A DNA stretch of 42,536 nucleotides, taken from NCBI RefSeq assembly GCF_001194135.2, contig NC_068985.1, positions 2,219,862 through 2,262,397 on the forward strand, written 5' to 3'. Both the position numbers and the translations under genes were made by a program. This DNA comes from Octopus bimaculoides. Taxonomy: Eukaryota. Shown here piece by piece: positions 23,536 to 34,661 of the stretch (position 1 is the stretch's first letter; every line of letters begins with the position of its first letter). The notes under the pieces are model-generated. The model had not been told where the DNA came from, did no database searches, and saw nothing but the letters and a program-made list of their open reading frames with translations.

Positions 23536-24369
23536 ACACACTTCCCTTCCAAGCATTGCTGTAAACAACACAACTAAGCAAGAACATTATAACTTCTGGA
23601 CATGAACAACAGACTTCAAAGCCAGTCTCAGCCAAGTGGTTTCCCTTTGTACATCTTAGCTCTGTTACCATAGCAACAGTCCCAATACTTTTTAATCAGA
23701 CTTTGTATAACTGCCCCAAAAATAAAGTACTCCTCAAATATGAGAGTCATTACATAATAGATTGTACTCACTTTAAAATAAAGCACCACAAAAGTACTAC
23801 ACTTCCTTAGAAAAGTACCAATCAAGAATTAAGTAATTATAAAATAAATTATATTCCTCCCTGAAAATAAAAGACAAGTCATGTGCTGGGAACATTATAT
23901 AATTCCCTAATACCCCTCCTCACTCCAAAATAAAACCCAAGTCAAGTTTTGGAGTCATTGTATAAAACATTACATTCCTTTCCCAATCTTGGTGATCTTG
24001 TATATTATTCAGTAATATTATATGCATAGTTCAGACAACAAGCTGACAGAGTTGGTGGGCAAAATGCGTACGGGAGTTGAATAGGTTAACTTTATGCTTC
24101 CATAGCAAATTTCTAGCCATCTACCTCTGTAAGAAAGAATTACTTTATGTTTTCTGATCACACATATTAGTAAAATATTTTTTTCTCTGCTTATACATAG
24201 TATTTAAGAGTGTGCATATGTGTGCCAACATTATCTATATGCACAAAGCCTTCATTAAAATGGAATACACTGATCTTGTGGTTATTCCCTCTTCATGAGC
24301 AATTCGCTGGATTGTTACAGGATGGCCTTCCATAACTATTCACCAAACTTTCACAATTGGCTCCTCGTT

Positions 24370-24791
24370 TCAACTTATAGATGACTTGCCTGAGCGTGCC
24401 TCTCGCTCTTTCCACTGAGGAGCAGCCATGTTTGAAGTGACTGTATCAATCCTTGATCTAAGTTTTGTCAAAGACATCATCACCAAAAGTCTGCTGAATC
24501 TCGTAGTTGGTTTCAGTTTGAGTATCACCAAGTTTGGGGCAAAATTTGATGCAACACCTCTGCTCAATGCGTTTGGTCATCTTGTGTGAAAATGAAAATC
24601 TGACGGATGAACATTACATGTCTGTACTCAAGGCATAACAGCTGCAAACTGGTGGGGGCCTACCAACACAAACCTTTTCACACATGTGCAGGAAGGGTGA
24701 CATCACCTTCCGCCCAAAGGGTTTTGCCCACTCAACATTAGTTTTGGCAAGAAAAAATAAAACTGGGTACTCTTTGAATGCTTCTTGTATA
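24370..24791 (-). mobile_element. Mariner 5' end and transposase N-terminus, degenerate
   Basis: MTKRIEQRCCIKFCPKLGDTQTETNYEIQQTFGDD..IKD*YSHFKHGCSSVE matches the mariner HTH N-terminus; TIR-like end at about 24765-24791. Confidence 0.82.
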
Positions 24792-24872
24792 CGTGTGCAT
24801 TATGTGTGTGTGTGTGTATGACAATATTTGCAGTTATATGTAAATATAATGTGTGTATTATCTACGTATGTA

Positions 24873-26010
24873 TCATCATCATCATCATCATCATCATCGT
24901 TTAACGTCCGCTTTCCATGCTAGCATGGGTTGGACGATTTGACTGAGGATTGGTGAAACCGGATGGCAACACCAGGCTCCAGTCTAATTTGGCAGAGTTT
25001 CTACAGCTGGATGCCCTTCCTAACGCCAACCACTCAGAGAGTGTAGTGGGTGCTTTTACGTGTCACCCGNNNNNNNNNNNNNNNNNNNNNNNNNNNNNNN
25101 NNNNNNNNNNNNNNNNNNNNNNNNNNNNNNNNNNNNNNNNNNNNNNNNNNNNNNNNNNNNNNNNNNNNNNNNNNNNNNNNNNNNNNNNNNNNNNNNNNNN
25201 NNNNNNNNNNNNNNNNNNNNNNNNNNNNNNNNNNNNNNNNNNNNNNNNNNNNNNNNNNNNNNNNNNNNNNNNNNNNNNNNNNNNNNNNNNNNNNNNNNNN
25301 NNNNNNNNNNNNNNNNNNNNNNNNNNNNNNNNNNNNNNNNNNNNNNNNNNNNNNNNNNNNNNNNNNNNNNNNNNNNNNNNNNNNNNNNNNNNNNNNNNNN
25401 NNNNNNNNNNNNNNNNNNNNNNNNNNNNNNNNNNNNNNNNNNNNNNNNNNNNNNNNNNNNNNNNNNNNNNNNNNNNNNNNNNNNNNNNNNNNNNNNNNNN
25501 NNNNNNNNNNNNNNNNNNNNNNNNNNNNNNNNNNNNNNNNNNNNNNNNNNNNNNNNNNNNNNNNNNNNNNNNNNNNNNNNNNNNNNNNNNNNNNNNNNNN
25601 NNNNNNNNNNNNNNNNNNNNNNNNNNNNNNNNNNNNNNNNNNNNNCTCTCTTGCACACCACAACTGATGCTTCTAATGTTCAGCTTTTCTTTCAAGATAC
25701 TTACACTCTGACAGGTATTCACATTGACATTACACATCCAATGGAGCATACTGGCTTCATTCCTTGCGAGCTTACGTATGTCCTCAGCAGTTACAGCCCA
25801 TGTTTCACTGCCATGTAGCATGGCTGTTCGTACGCATGCGTCATACAGTCTGCCTTTTACTCTGAGTGAGAGTCCCTTTGTCGCCAGCAGGGGTAAGAGC
25901 TCTCTAAACTTTGCCCAGGCTATTCTTATTCTAGCAGCTACACTTTTAGCGCACCCACCCCCACTACTAACTTGGTCGCCCAGATAGCGGAAGCTATCGA
26001 CTACCTCTAG
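24873..26010 (-). mobile_element. RTE LINE 3' fragment(s) spanning gap 25070-25645
   Basis: The left part is a young 3' end with (CAT)n. The right part encodes YLGDQVSSGG..RELLPLL..MLHGSETWAVTAEDIRKLARNEASMLHWMCNVNV. The two sides differ in apparent age and may be two copies. Confidence 0.85.
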
Positions 26011-26111
26011 TTTTTCAATAGATAGATAGATAGATAGAGATTGGCAGATATGTATATCTATCTATGTATATGTATGTATATATACACATGGATATATATA
26101 AATATATATAG

Positions 26112-26154
<43 letters not shown>

Positions 26155-26601
26155 TATGTATGTATGTATATATATATACACACACACGTGCATTATATGT
26201 ATGTATGAGCTTTGGTGCCATTAGTGACGCACAGCTTGTGATGTACCCAAACTCTATATTTTTATTGGTTTGTAGATGATGAGGTAAAAAGAAAAGTGAG
26301 GTGAAGGATGTGAAATATGGTGAATCTAATCAAGAGATTCCCTTTTATCATCTTGAATGCCTGGAAGAGGAAACGGATGAAGTTTGATTGGTAATTAAAT
26401 GATTCAACTCTGATTTCATATTTTGTTTCTATGAACTAATGAGGGGAGTGGGGCACAGCCCCTGACCCTATCAGGTGTTTCTTCACTAATGTGATAGATT
26501 AAACAGATGTCCATCTTGAATATTTGTAGCTTGATGTCTGGTGGTAAAACAAGAGCAGAGAAGGAATCAGATTTCTGGTGTGTGCACGTGTAACTGATTG
26601 A

Positions 26602-27215
26602 CAAAGGTGGGCAATGTTAAGCGCAAAGTCAATTTCGTTAACTGTTAATCCATTAACCAAAAAGTTAACTTCGATAATTGTGAGTCAGTTAATTCTTTAA
26701 AAATGTAATGGAAGTTATCGATAAACTGTTAACGTTAATTTTTATTATAGAAAAATAGAAAAAATCAGTTTTTGTCCTAATACCACCTAGAAACACCTTT
26801 AAAAAGGGCCAAAACTATAAAATCCACTAACTTCAATTGAATTGAAGTTAACAGAAGTTAACTCAAGTTGATTTGAGTTAACAGAAGTTAAATGTAACGG
26901 AAGTTAATTAGTCCGGTAATGATTTCCAAAGTTAACTTAACTGTTGAATCGTTAACCCTTTACATATGAACCCGGCAGAAACCGGCTCTGGCTCTGTAGT
27001 ACAAATATCTTGTTTTCATAGGTTTTGAATTAAAATCTACCACCAAACCTTAGTCACAATTTATGTTCCTAACACTAGCTGAATGATAACTAAGTTATTT
27101 TACTAAATTCTTTGTTATATTTAAAGTAATTGAAAGAAACACAAAGCATCTCAACAGAAATACAGTAACGAAAGGGTTAATGGAAATAATAACTTTGTTA
27201 ATTAACAATTAATAG
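26602..27215. mobile_element. Probable non-autonomous DNA element with a GTTAAC motif array, interrupted by a MITE
   Basis: Eight exact GTTAAC in 26637-26956 plus variants; starts at CAAAGGTGGGCAATGTTAA, which resembles a hAT-type end. No second end found. Confidence 0.5.
26956..27176 (+). mobile_element. piggyBac-type MITE
   Basis: TTAA(26952-55) CCCTTT ... AAAGGG TTAA(27177-80); a second copy is inverted at 34442-34661. Confidence 0.92.
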
Positions 27216-27756
27216 ATTTGTTTGGTGGTATATATATACACAGAAGGAGATATATTTAAGAATTTACAAAAAATTGTNNNNNNNNNNNNNNNNNNNNNNN
27301 NNNNNNNNNNNNNNNNNNNNNNNNNNNNNNNNNNNNNNNNNNNNNNNNNNNNNNNNNNNNNNNNNNNNNNNNNNNNNNNNNNNNNNNNNNNNNNNNNNNN
27401 NNNNNNNNNNNNNNNNNNNNNNNNNNNNNNNNNNNNNNNNNNNNNNNNNNNNNNNNNNNNNNNNNNNNNNNNNNNNNNNNNNNNNNNNNNNNNNNNNNNN
27501 NNNNNNNNNNNNNNNNNNNNNNNNNNNNNNNNNNNNNNNNNNNNNNNNNNNNNNNNNNNNNNNNNNNNNNNNNNNNNNNNNNNNNNNNNNNNNNNNNNNN
27601 NNNNNNNNNNNNNNNNNNNNNNNNNNNNNNNNNNNNNNNNNNNNNNNNNNNNNNNNNNNNNNNNNNNNNNNNNNNNNNNNNNNNNNNNNNNNNNNNNNNN
27701 NNNNNNNNNNNNNNNNNNNNNNNNNNNNNNNNNNNNNNNNNNNNNNNNNNNTTATA

Positions 27757-27789
<33 letters not shown>

Positions 27790-27793
<4 letters not shown>

Positions 27794-27970
27794 TTGGAAT
27801 TTACAAAAAACAAGACAAAAGATGAAGACAGGTGTGTAAACAGCAAACAGGTGTATTAGTTTAACACGCAGGTAGGTGAGAAAGTCTTTTACGTTTCGAG
27901 CCTACGTTCTTCAATAGAAAGGGACACTAGAAAATAAACATAGAGAAAATAAAAAAAAGAAAGCTTTAGT
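27790..27970 (-). mobile_element. Penelope-like element terminal-repeat remnant
   Basis: Contains a degenerate minimal hammerhead ..TGAA-GAAC-GTAG-GCTC-GAAACGT of the type found in PLE terminal repeats; no ORF is visible, so the class is inferred. Confidence 0.55.
27886..27921 (-). ncRNA. Degenerate minimal type-I hammerhead-like motif (second family)
   Basis: Reverse complement: CTTT-CTATTGA-A-GAAC-GTAG-GCTC-GAAACGT-A-AAAG. Two core substitutions (G5, A6) and one stem II mismatch. Confidence 0.5.
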
Positions 27971-27975
27971 AGCTA

Positions 27976-28181
27976 GCGGTTATCTTGGGTTTCTCACCAT
28001 AAAGGGTACCATTATGGCATATCTTCGGACCCTAAGACTTGTTGGCCTATGACCTCTTTAAAATATGAAGGGGGCCATATAAAATCCGTTAACATAAAGA
28101 GGCAATAGGTCAACAGGTCTTAGGGTCTGAAGATACGCCATAAAGGTGGTACCCTTTATGGTTAGACACCCAGGATAACCC
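27976..28181. mobile_element. Fold-back element / MITE with ~83-bp inverted arms, TA-flanked
   Basis: Arm 27978-28060 vs the reverse complement of 28095-28180 aligns at roughly 85% by eye; spacer of about 34 bp; TA at 27974-75 and 28182-83. Confidence 0.8.
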
Positions 28182-28274
28182 TACAAGCAGGCATTCATCA
28201 GTAATTAATATAGACTGCTCTATTTTTTGGAGTGTGCTTCTTCTCTGGATTTATGTCTTTATAAAATAAAACGA

Positions 28275-28309
28275 TATAGATAGATAGATAGATAGATAGA
28301 TAGAGAGAG

Positions 28310-28351
<42 letters not shown>

Positions 28352-28399
28352 GTATGTAGGTAGGTAGGTAGGTAGGTAAGTAGATAGATAGAATCATAT

Positions 28400-28437
<38 letters not shown>

Positions 28438-28440
28438 TGT
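28275..28440. repeat. (GATA)n/(GGTA)n/(TA)n compound microsatellite
   Basis: Visible directly. Confidence 0.95.
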
Positions 28441-29269
28441 TATCATTATCTGCAGTATATATAAATAGTTGATAATAACAACAATAATAATATAGATAGC
28501 TGCAGGCATTAAATGGCATTAGATGGCTATAGAACGTGTGTCCTTATGATAAGTGTGTATGTGTATGCTGTGTGTGTTGTGTGTGTGTGTGTGTTGTGTG
28601 TGTTGTGTGTTGTGTGTGTGTTGTGTGTGTGTGTATGTGTGCATGAGTGTGTGTTTGTATTTACTGACATAAATGAATGAAAATTCCTTTCAGTTTTTTT
28701 TACTTCATAAAATGAAATTCCAAAAGGAGACATTGACCCCTACACCTATTCCCTAAATAAGGGTTGTTTCAATGAGTAGCAGGCTAAGTATAAGATTAGG
28801 TGTGATAAACTAAAACCATTATTGTAAGTGCTCCAGCATGACAATAGTCCAATGAGTAAAATTACTAAAAGAGTTCCGTCTGAGATAATAAGCTTGGGTT
28901 CCTTGTTAGGAATTGTGTTCCTTGATTTCTTTAAAATAAGGGAACAATATCGCAAGAAATCTCAGTCGATTTTCCTTTTTTTCTTTCTCATGTGGTTCTG
29001 TTTCTCTTACAAGAATTTCAAAAAAAAATATGTCTTCATATTTATTGATTGAAATTCTTTTATATATTTGTTTTGAGTTAAATTGTTGTTGTTATTTGGT
29101 ATTGTTAGTGGAGTTATTTATGTTGATGTGAGGTTTGTTGCTGTATCTTGTTGTTGTTGTTATTGTTGTTTTTATCACATTTTGGTTTGTGGCTTGAAGA
29201 TAAAATAACAGACACAATGAGTGCAAGTAGCTATTCTAGCAGAGATTATTTCAAGCGTATGTTTATGTA

Positions 29270-29568
29270 TGTGTATATGCATGTATGTACATACATATGT
29301 ATGTATGTGTGTATGCATGCATGTGTGTGTGTGTGTGTGTGTGTGCGTGTCTCCTCCTACACACACACACACATAGGTGCAAACATATACACGTATATAT
29401 ACAATATTCATAAGTAGAAGCACATGTATTTTTTTATATACATATATATATTTTTATATATAGGTGTGTATTTGTTTGTATATACATACATATATACATA
29501 CATACAAACATATATATGTGTATGTGTGTGTCCTGTGTGTGTCCTGTGTGTGTGTGTATGTATATATT

Positions 29569-29628
<60 letters not shown>

Positions 29629-29971
29629 AACGCACACATATTTGTGTATGTATATATATATATATATATAAACATTAAGCAATACTTGAAGCAAAAAGTA
29701 AATACTTGCATCATACATATACACATCCACACATCCACACACCATATACACCCCCACCCCCCCACACACATATGTACATGCACAAAAGTAACAATGAACA
29801 TCAAGAACAACAACAACAACAACAAGCCATCGCTGATAACATCTAAGGTACAAGTGTTAGAGATATCATTAAAGAAATTTTTAGAGATTCCTATCAGATC
29901 TAGCACTTTGCTTAGGATAAGACACAGAGACTTAGTGAATTATATTGCTGCTATTTTGATGTTGTTGCTGC

Positions 29972-30047
<76 letters not shown>

Positions 30048-30052
30048 GCTGT
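29270..30052. repeat. TG/TA/CA cluster and (GTT/GCT)n array (29958-30052)
   Basis: Visible directly. Confidence 0.9.
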
Positions 30053-31689
30053 CATTTCTGCTTAATTAAGAACAAGTGATTCAGTCAGCTTAACCTTGTT
30101 GTAGGTCACCCATTTGCGTGTTACCACATCATCTGTCCTGGGAATCAGTGCATTATAGCAGTTGCCAAGGTGACAAAAATTATTAGATTTTATGTATTTC
30201 CATCTACCTTTACCATTAATTCCTCTGCATGTTTTTTTTGTTTCGTTGTTTTAATATTTTGAGAGTGAGTTTCTTTCTCTTCCTTTCTTTTTTTCCAGCT
30301 TGTGTTTGTACTTATACGCGGTGTATACATTAATGTATTGTATATATTTATCTGGTGTATATATTCATGTATGTACATGTTTGTGTATGTGTGTATTTGT
30401 AAATGTAGCATGGGTCATATAAGTGTCATAGACTATGACAAATCGGTGTTAACCCCTAAAACACACATCAGTTCTTCCAGTTGGCTGCCCCACATGTATC
30501 CTCTCACAGTGCAACTCCCTATCGACACCTAATGTATTATTCCAGTGCCTACTCCATTCTCCCATTCTACATTAATCCATTTAAAAGATAACTACCTCAT
30601 AATACATTGTTCCAATAATAATACCTGATGCTTTTCCCCCACCCCCACCCACTCAATTCTTTATTATAGTCCACTTTGGTAAAGATTTACTCATGATCCA
30701 TTGCGCCAATACTTTCTGATTTCACCCAAAATATATCACTCTGGCCCTTAATGACTTTTCCAATAATACATTGCTGGAATATTTGAGGGTTTTTTTTCCC
30801 CATAATTCCTTGCTGTAATGCGACATGATTTTTTTTTTTTTTTTTGCACAATCCATTAGTTCACACTTTGGACATTTTTTTCCATAATGCGTTGTTCTTG
30901 CATCATAATTTAAACAATTTGATTGTTGCTTATGTTCCTATAGAGACTTACAAATATTCAGAACTTTCTATTGAATATCATTCATTTTATCACGGTTACA
31001 TCTCTTTATGCCAAGGTGGATTTTGCCATTTGGCAGAAAAAAGAAATACAAAGGGCTAGGATTGATGTAATTAAATAAACCCTTGGCAGTACTGCTCTAG
31101 CATGGCCACAATTTAATGAATGAGATTAATTAAAACAATGACTGAATATATTCATAGATATAGGCATGATTGTGTGGTTTAGAAGTTTGCCCCGAACCTC
31201 TTGGTTTGAGGTTCAATACTATTGCACAGCATCTCACAGTTTCATTTGAATAAAAAAAAAACTAATGATGTTAACCATTCTTGTAGACATTACAACCAGA
31301 TTCTCTGTGCTTTCAAAGACCTCCAGAATGAAAAACAAAATTGCCTATTTAATAAAGCAGAAAAGGGTGGATAACAAGAGAGAGCATACAGCCATAAAAG
31401 CCTCACTTCATATACTTCCTGTCCAACCCACGCTGACATGGAAAAACAGACGTAAAACAAGCAAGTGGGCGGGGGGTATCTCCATTAACGATTATTGAGG
31501 TTGCTGTTTCTATCTAACATCACAATCTCATCAGAGGTAAGAAATGATTGTCAATAATTTCCATTCTTTTAAATGCAGATCATATTGGAAAGAAGAACTA
31601 CCTCAAACACTACAAGACAGAAATATTTTCAAATCAATAACACTTCTTAATTTGGAAATGACAGCAACTTTTATAAACACCATCGATCT

Positions 31690-32095
31690 AATGACCTTTC
31701 TGTTTTTTACTTGTTTCACTCATTAGGCTGTGACCATGCTGGGGCATTGCCCTGAAGAATTTCAGTCAAATGAATTGATCCAAGGACATTTTTTTAAAGT
31801 TTGGTACTTATTTTATCAGTCACTTTTGCTGAACTGCTAAGTTATGAGGACATAAACACACCAACGCTAGTTGTGAAGTGAAGCAGGGGACAAACACAGG
31901 CACAAAGACACACAAAGATAATTATGTATATACGAAGGGCTTCTTTCAGTTTCCATCTGCCGAATCCACTCACAAGGCTTTGGTCAGCCTGAGGCTATGG
32001 TAGGAGGCACCTGCCTAAGGTGTCACGCAGTAGCATTGAACCCATAAGCATGTGGTTGGGAAGCAAACTTTTTACCACACAGCCACATCTGCACC
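31690..32095 (-). mobile_element. Full-length SINE family A
   Basis: Reverse complement is colinear with 16614-16995, from ggtgcagatgtggctgtgtggtaaaaagtttgcttcccaaccac to tgagtgaaacaagtaaaa. Confidence 0.92.
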
Positions 32096-33289
32096 TCTAA
32101 ATTAGAAAAAATTGCAATTTAAAGATTTCTATAGAAAATGGTTTTCAATTATTAATACCCATCACTCAGACAAACTTGTGAGCAATACTAATAATGAACT
32201 AATCAAGATCTCACATTAAACAGGATTTAAACTAGTTTAAGAACCAAATTCACAAAATTTCATTTCCATTCTCCTGATATTTTAAAAATTTCTTAATGAA
32301 AGATAAGATAAAAAATATTTTTCTTAAAAAAGAAAAAAAATATGCAAGTCTAGAAATGATTATTCGAATTAGTTATGATAAATAACTATTTTAAGACTCA
32401 TATCTGGATTTGATGTAATGTGCTTCATTTAAATATTCATTTCACTAGTTCTGGACATAGTAAGCAAGCATATTTTCATACTATAAGAAAATTTACAAAT
32501 TCTGTATTTATAAAATTAAAATTTATTTCACTACTTTACAAAGTCAGTTAATGTTTATTGCATCTGTATCAGAATAAAAAAGAAATCCAGCCATGTTGAA
32601 TAGCTTCTAGCTTTTGAACATGATGTTTAAAATATGACCTGCATAAATAAGAGGGTAAAAATGGTTGATACCATCTTTGGTAATCTCTGAAGATAATATG
32701 GAAACACAGAGAAGCACATAGGAATGGGATTTTATATAACAAACTTTGATACATTAGCAGTGATGTGAAACCAAACCACTCGGCAGGTAGTTAGACATCA
32801 CAATCAAACAACAGTAGTTTCAAGTGATTGGTCTATTAAGCAACCAGTCAACATCAAGCCTTCATGTAATTCAATCTTCTGGAATCTTCTCCTTGTAGAT
32901 TACAAAGTAGGATCGCTAAGCAGAGATATGCATAAATGCAATGTTATTACCAGTCGAAATATGTCAGTGGCCCGTTTGGGCAACTAAACAAACCATTCCC
33001 TGTGTTTTGTCATAGAGAAAGTGTCTCACTGTTGACAATGGTTTAAAATGCAGCGCCACCTATCCAGACTGTGAGCTGCAGCATTTCAGAGAAGTTATCT
33101 CCTCTTTGGTCACAGACACTGGGGAGGGGGCACTGCAAACTGATGACAGAGAGTGATTCTCTCATGCTATTTTAGTCACCATACAATGGCTGATAATGCT
33201 ATGCAATGGCTTACCATAAGTAAATTATGAAGTAGTTGGAGCACTAAGCAGTAATATGTATTTGCTTGGTGGAGGCAATGACACATGAC

Positions 33290-33420
33290 CGAGACCTCTG
33301 GCATTATGTTATGCTTGAGAAGAAGACCTGTCAAGCCAAATAAAATTGCCGTTGTGACAAACACTGGTGTCGTGCAAAGGGCACCCATGCCAGTGGTACA
33401 TAAAAACACCCATTACACTC
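33290..33420 (+). mobile_element. RTE LINE ORF2 end and start of 3' UTR
   Basis: EAMTHDRDLWHYVMLEKKTCQAK* matches EAMTGDQDLWRHAVIEKTQQLK* at 38654. Confidence 0.75.
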
Positions 33421-33721
33421 TCATTACACTGATCTAGAAACTTTCTCCATGACAAAACACAGGGAGTGGCTTGTTTATCAGTCCAAACATGCCACAAGCA
33501 TATTTGAACTAGTAATGCCATTACTTCTTGTGTCCTACGAAAAGATAGTTTTTGGTGCAATTTCAGAATGTTGAGGCAACTGCACATTGTCTCCATTCTT
33601 ACCACATCCAACCAAAACAGGAATTTTCATCTCCACAAATATAATACAATTATTTTCCAGTTGTGATGGGCCAACCACAGATTGCTAAATCCCCAAGTTT
33701 GTAATAACCTCCAAGCAGTAT

Positions 33722-33858
33722 ACATTATTTACATTTGACAGATATTTGTCCTCATCTTGTTTGTTGTTAACACGTTTCAGCTGATATACCCTCCAGCCTT
33801 CATCAAGTGTCTTGGGGAGATTTCGAACCTTGGTTCTCATTCCTAAGGTATTTTTTGA

Positions 33859-33893
<35 letters not shown>

Positions 33894-33980
33894 TCACTGC
33901 CTGTGCTCTTAACCACTACGCCATATGCCCATGGGCAATTATGGAGTGAATTTTTGGGCTTATTAATCTAATATTTTCTT
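33722..33980 (-). mobile_element. tRNA-headed, hammerhead-bearing retroposon (copy 2) with target-site duplication
   Basis: Flanked by direct repeat CTCCAAGCAGTAT (33709-21 and 33981-93); A-box TGGCGTAGTGG; internal (AAT)n; hammerhead-like core; (AATGTAAAT) tail. Confidence 0.9.
33768..33811 (-). ncRNA. Mutated hammerhead-like motif (copy 2)
   Basis: Reverse complement: GACAC-TTGATGA-A-GGCTG-GAGGGTATAT-CAGCT-GAAACGT-GTT. Has C3->T and a 3-nt deletion in the 3' strand of stem I relative to copy 1; probably inactive. Confidence 0.6.
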
Positions 33981-34275
33981 CTCCAAGCAGTATGTCTGGC
34001 TCCGCCACTATTTAATTATTATTGTAATTATTTGTAAAAGACCAACACAATTAAAACACTATGTGCAATAAAAACTTCTGTTAAATGTTTTCAGGTGTTG
34101 TTTAGTTATTTCTTCACGCCACCCGGGAAAAACATTTTCATTCAGCAACTCAACTAGAAATCACCTCAGACCAGCCAACAACAACAACAGCAACAAACCA
34201 TGACAGTCCATGACAATACATTGGCAGCTATTTCTACAAGTTATTTGACACTATGATAATATGTAATATGGAAAC

Positions 34276-34410
34276 TAATTCCACCAAGGTCAACTTTGCC
34301 TTTCATCCTTTTGGGGTTGAAATACGTACCAGTTTAACACTAGGGTTGATGTAATCGACTTACCCCCACCCCACAAACTCGCTAGCTTTGTGCCAAAATT
34401 TGAAATCATA
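34276..34410 (+). mobile_element. 5'-truncated SINE family C (CORE-like) with 15-bp TSD
   Basis: Direct repeat ATGTAATATGGAAAC at 34261-75 and 34411-25 flanks aattccaccaaggtcaactttgcctttcatccttttgggg..ctttgtgccaaaatttgaaatc. Confidence 0.88.
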
Positions 34411-34441
34411 ATGTAATATGGAAACAGAGATATTTCGTTAA

Positions 34442-34661
34442 CCCTTTTGTCACCGTATTAATTCTGAGATGCTCTCTATTTCTTTCAATTATTTTAAATA
34501 TAACAAAGAATTTAGTAAAATAACTTAGTTATCATTAAGCTAGTGTTAGGAACATAAATTGTGACTAAAGTTTGGTGGAAGATTTTAATTCAAAACTTAT
34601 GAAAACAAGACATTTGTACTCAGAGCCAGAGCCAGTTTCAGTCAGGTTGGTAATGAAAGGG
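34442..34661 (-). mobile_element. piggyBac-type MITE, second copy
   Basis: TTAA(34438-41) CCCTTTTGTCACC ... GGTAATGAAAGGG TTAA(34662-65); reverse complement aligns along its full length to 26956-27176. Confidence 0.92.

Noticed and set aside
31495-31540. Minus-strand CTGATGAG...GAAAC
   Set aside because: The intervening sequence does not pair and no stem I can be formed; consistent with chance.
33138-33170. CTGATGA followed by a short GAGAG/CTCTC stem
   Set aside because: The stem is followed by ATG rather than GAAA, and no stem I partner is present.
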